A DNA stretch of 51,070 nucleotides from Octopus bimaculoides (Eukaryota). This document shows positions 48,356-51,070 of the stretch, one piece after another (position 1 is the stretch's first letter; every line of letters begins with the position of its first letter). The notes under the pieces are model-generated. The model saw nothing but the letters and a program-made list of their open reading frames with translations, made no database searches and had not been told where the DNA came from. The position numbers and the translations under genes are program-made. The stretch covers positions 132,481,794-132,532,863 of the forward strand of contig NC_068982.1 in assembly GCF_001194135.2 (NCBI RefSeq). The letters are read 5' to 3'.

Positions 48356-49420
48356 AATATATAATACCTTAGTTTTAGGTTTACGAGCTGCCCATTTTCT
48401 GCATGTGGTTTATATTCTGAACCCAACTGATTTTGTGAAATTACATCTTCCGAGTGTCCATGGATGTTTGATTTTGTCTATTAACTTTTTGTTCGATTTT
48501 CGAAGGACAGGGGATCTTAGTCCATCGTTCTCTGCATTTTTTTCCTTATTTTCTTGAGGAGGGATTTAATTATCGTTGAGAAGACATTGTTCTTCGTCAC
48601 CTGTTTCCGTTGTTTGAAGCTGAAGTTTTTCTCTGTAATTTTTTCCCCTTTTTTATTTTCATCTGTGATTATTTCTTCCTCAACACTCGATAAAGAAGTG
48701 TTACTTCAGAACGATACTGTTAGGGGACAAGGTATTTACTCGTTTATTCGTGACACTACTTCTAAAGATATTTCCTTCACTATCCCCCCAGAGTTTTTGC
48801 TGGTGGTACTCTGAAAACTGAATTTTATTGTTTTCTTTGTTGTTGATGTTTACTACATTCAGTTCCTTGTTTGTTGTTAGTCGCCCTATTTCTTCGGAGC
48901 ATTCTGCTCAAAAGTATGTTTTACTCCGACTGATATAACTAGAATGTCTGCCATGTATCCTCAACCTCAGCGCATTCTACTAGGCACAATTATGGTATGG
49001 CTCTGTGGTATTTGGAGATCATTAGAATCTGCAAGTCCATTTTACGTACCTTGGCTACTGGTCACTTTTGCTAAACCTGCTTTGATCCCTTTCCCATACT
49101 GCAGCACAAAAGTCACAACTAGCCATGGGTCCATATCGCATCTAATGTCTCTAACTGTAATTGTTATGTTTCTTTGACCTATGTACTGGACCACAAATAT
49201 TTAGTCATAGATATGTCTGACAATTTTAGCCTGTGTTTTGGTTGCGTCTTCAGTTGTAATGGTACAACAGATACTGCCATAACATTTCCTTTTGCAATTG
49301 AGATTTTCATTTCCATTTTTTCGTAAGCAGAGATATATACTTTTCTTCTTTGTGTCTCTTGGATTATCTCATGTGACAAACAAATGCAGTTCTGTTTCAC
49401 AAATTTCTCTCATCTACATT
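48356..49420 (-). mobile_element. Decayed LINE ORF1 (L1/Tx1-like gag) fragment
   Basis: Frame fragments FVVQYIGQRNITITVRDIRCDMDPWLVVTFVLQYGK, an eroded CCHC-like region, and a K/E/N-rich low-complexity tail. Confidence 0.45.
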
Positions 49421-50393
49421 TTTTCTTATAACTGATAATTCAAAAAATCCTATTGTTCAATATTGAGGGAAGATTTGTTTCCACACAGCTGCTTTGCGAA
49501 CAGGCTGTAGCATATGTAAGAGTTGCTACTGTTGTTGTTGTTGCTGTCGCTGTCTTGTAAATTATTTGAGTATTTGGGGCATTTTCTATTAATTGTTTAC
49601 TAAACATTTCATTTTTGTATTGTGGTTTTTTTGTAGTATTGTACTGTAGTGTTTTGTCTTGCAGCATAATTGTGTATGGTAGCCGTTTTGGATGCGAAAA
49701 TGTTATGTGTGTAAATTAAATTATAAAAGTTGGTGAAGCAAACCTCTTTTTTCTGTTGTCTATCTCCAGGTATCGAGAGCAGTCTCCTCCTTAGGTAAAG
49801 TACCCCAATGAAAATTTGATTCGATAACGCTTGAAATGTAACATGTTTCCAAGGGAGAATCAAAAAGACGTCTCCACTCAACGAGACACAATACCGACAA
49901 CAACAGTGATAAAAAGATAGAAAGAAAGAAAGAAAATAGCGAAAGCAGTTAATGCTTTAGTTGGCATGTACAGGTTCTTATGACTTCAGGTCTTTTTCAT
50001 CGTTAATCAGTTGAATGTCACAAAGCAACTGAGGTAGAAAGGCACGCGATTGTTTTTGTTTTTTTTATTTTTGTTTTTATTTTTGCACATTACCTAAAGC
50101 TAGTTGTTACTGATTCGTCGAATTATTTAACGTGTATTTGAATTGTTTGGAATAAGTATTAATTAATTAAGGAAATAGTGATAACAAGTGTCTTTTTACT
50201 TTTTTATTTTAGCATAGATTTCTTTAATAGCTTCTAATATTTTTATTTGTATTTTTCCTTAAAGTAGTCAGCGAATCTTTGTTGCTAACATTGAAAAATT
50301 TTGTCAGATAAAGATTTATTTTTAATAATTATTCTTTAAATCAAAAAAACTGACAAGCATATACAGCTGCAGGTTTTTGCTTATATAAATATA

Positions 50394-50520
50394 CTAGCAA
50401 TAATACCCGCCGTTGATCGGGTAATTACTTTTACATTCAAAGTATTATTATATATATAATTTACTCCTCCTGTATGTGTGTATAAGAGAAAAATATGTAA
50501 TAATTGAATTAGAAAAAAGA
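50394..50520 (-). mobile_element. Helitron-like 3' terminus
   Basis: On the minus strand, a hairpin TACCCG..CGGGTA (50404-50423) followed after 6 nt by CTAG|T. Confidence 0.45.
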
Positions 50521-50529
50521 TCAATTTCA

Positions 50530-51070
50530 TAATGAACTTCTGATCGGGGAGCTACCTGGAAGAAGCAAGGTCTGTGTTGGTACCATGCAAACTTTTCGAA
50601 CAAGGCGACAAAGTGTATTCAGCCTTGTTCGTTCAAGGCGTCGGGAAACGAGTAGAGGAGAAAGTGCGTACGTCCCTTTCCTCCACCCAACCTGTTTTTA
50701 ATCGTGCAATATTCGTTCAGTACCAAGTGTCGAAGAAATTCTTCATGGTTTGACACTGGTTCCTGTTGTAGTATTTGGCCGCTTCGTCTAACAGTCGACA
50801 AACCTCGCCGTTCTGAAATCGTTTTGCACGCAGTTGATTCATCTCCGATTCCTACTTTTGGTCAGCTTTCTCTACGTTTAGACATTGGTCTTCGCAGAGA
50901 CTTTCAATGGGTTTTTGTCATAGCTGACATTCCACATCCCATTTTGGGTGCGGATTTTTTAAATCATTTTCAATTATTGGTAGATGTCCGACATCGAAGG
51001 CTTGTCGATGACTCGACATCCCTTTCCACGCCGGCAAGGAGCTCTACCAATTCTCCTCTTAGCCCAGCAT
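50530..51070 (+). mobile_element. Ty3/Gypsy LTR retrotransposon gag-pol junction and protease (runs off the window)
   Basis: Gag end LCWYHANFSNKATKCIQPC..SGNE*. Protease DTGSCCSIW (50752) and DIGLRRDFQWVFVIADIPHPILGADFLNHFQLLVD..RRLVD, open to the window end. Confidence 0.92.

Overview
AT-rich, repeat-dense animal genomic DNA from a gapped short-read assembly. N-gaps lie at 5682-5737, 15053-15432, 22192-22439, 23381-23966, 33069-33185 and 47548-47588, mostly bordered by microsatellites. The abundant tRNA-headed SINE families look like those I recall from Octopus genomes; this is inference and was not searched. No intact host protein-coding gene can be supported, and most entries in the ORF track are microsatellite, N-run or antisense artefacts. 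What can be supported is a transposon graveyard. It holds about 30 SINE copies in four modular families and LINE fragments (RTE, RLE-type R4/NeSL-like, an I/Jockey-like 3' end, a Tx1-like ORF1). It also holds a Penelope GIY-YIG fragment, three decayed Tc1/mariner elements (DD34D mariner, maT-like, and a full-length DD36E Tc1), piggyBac-like MITEs and a transposase fossil. Other elements are a foldback element with internal TTAGGG-like repeats, a probable solo LTR, a Helitron-like end, and a Ty3/Gypsy gag-pol junction with a -1 frameshift signal. The best find is a 138-bp insertion with a 12-bp target-site duplication carrying a minimal type I hammerhead ribozyme (13500-13637); a second, decayed hammerhead lies at 37350-37403. 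Also notable are tandem decayed tRNA-Asp and tRNA-iMet genes, a 5'-inverted SINE, and a CpG-depletion boundary near 37.8 kb that may mark a promoter for a minus-strand gene.
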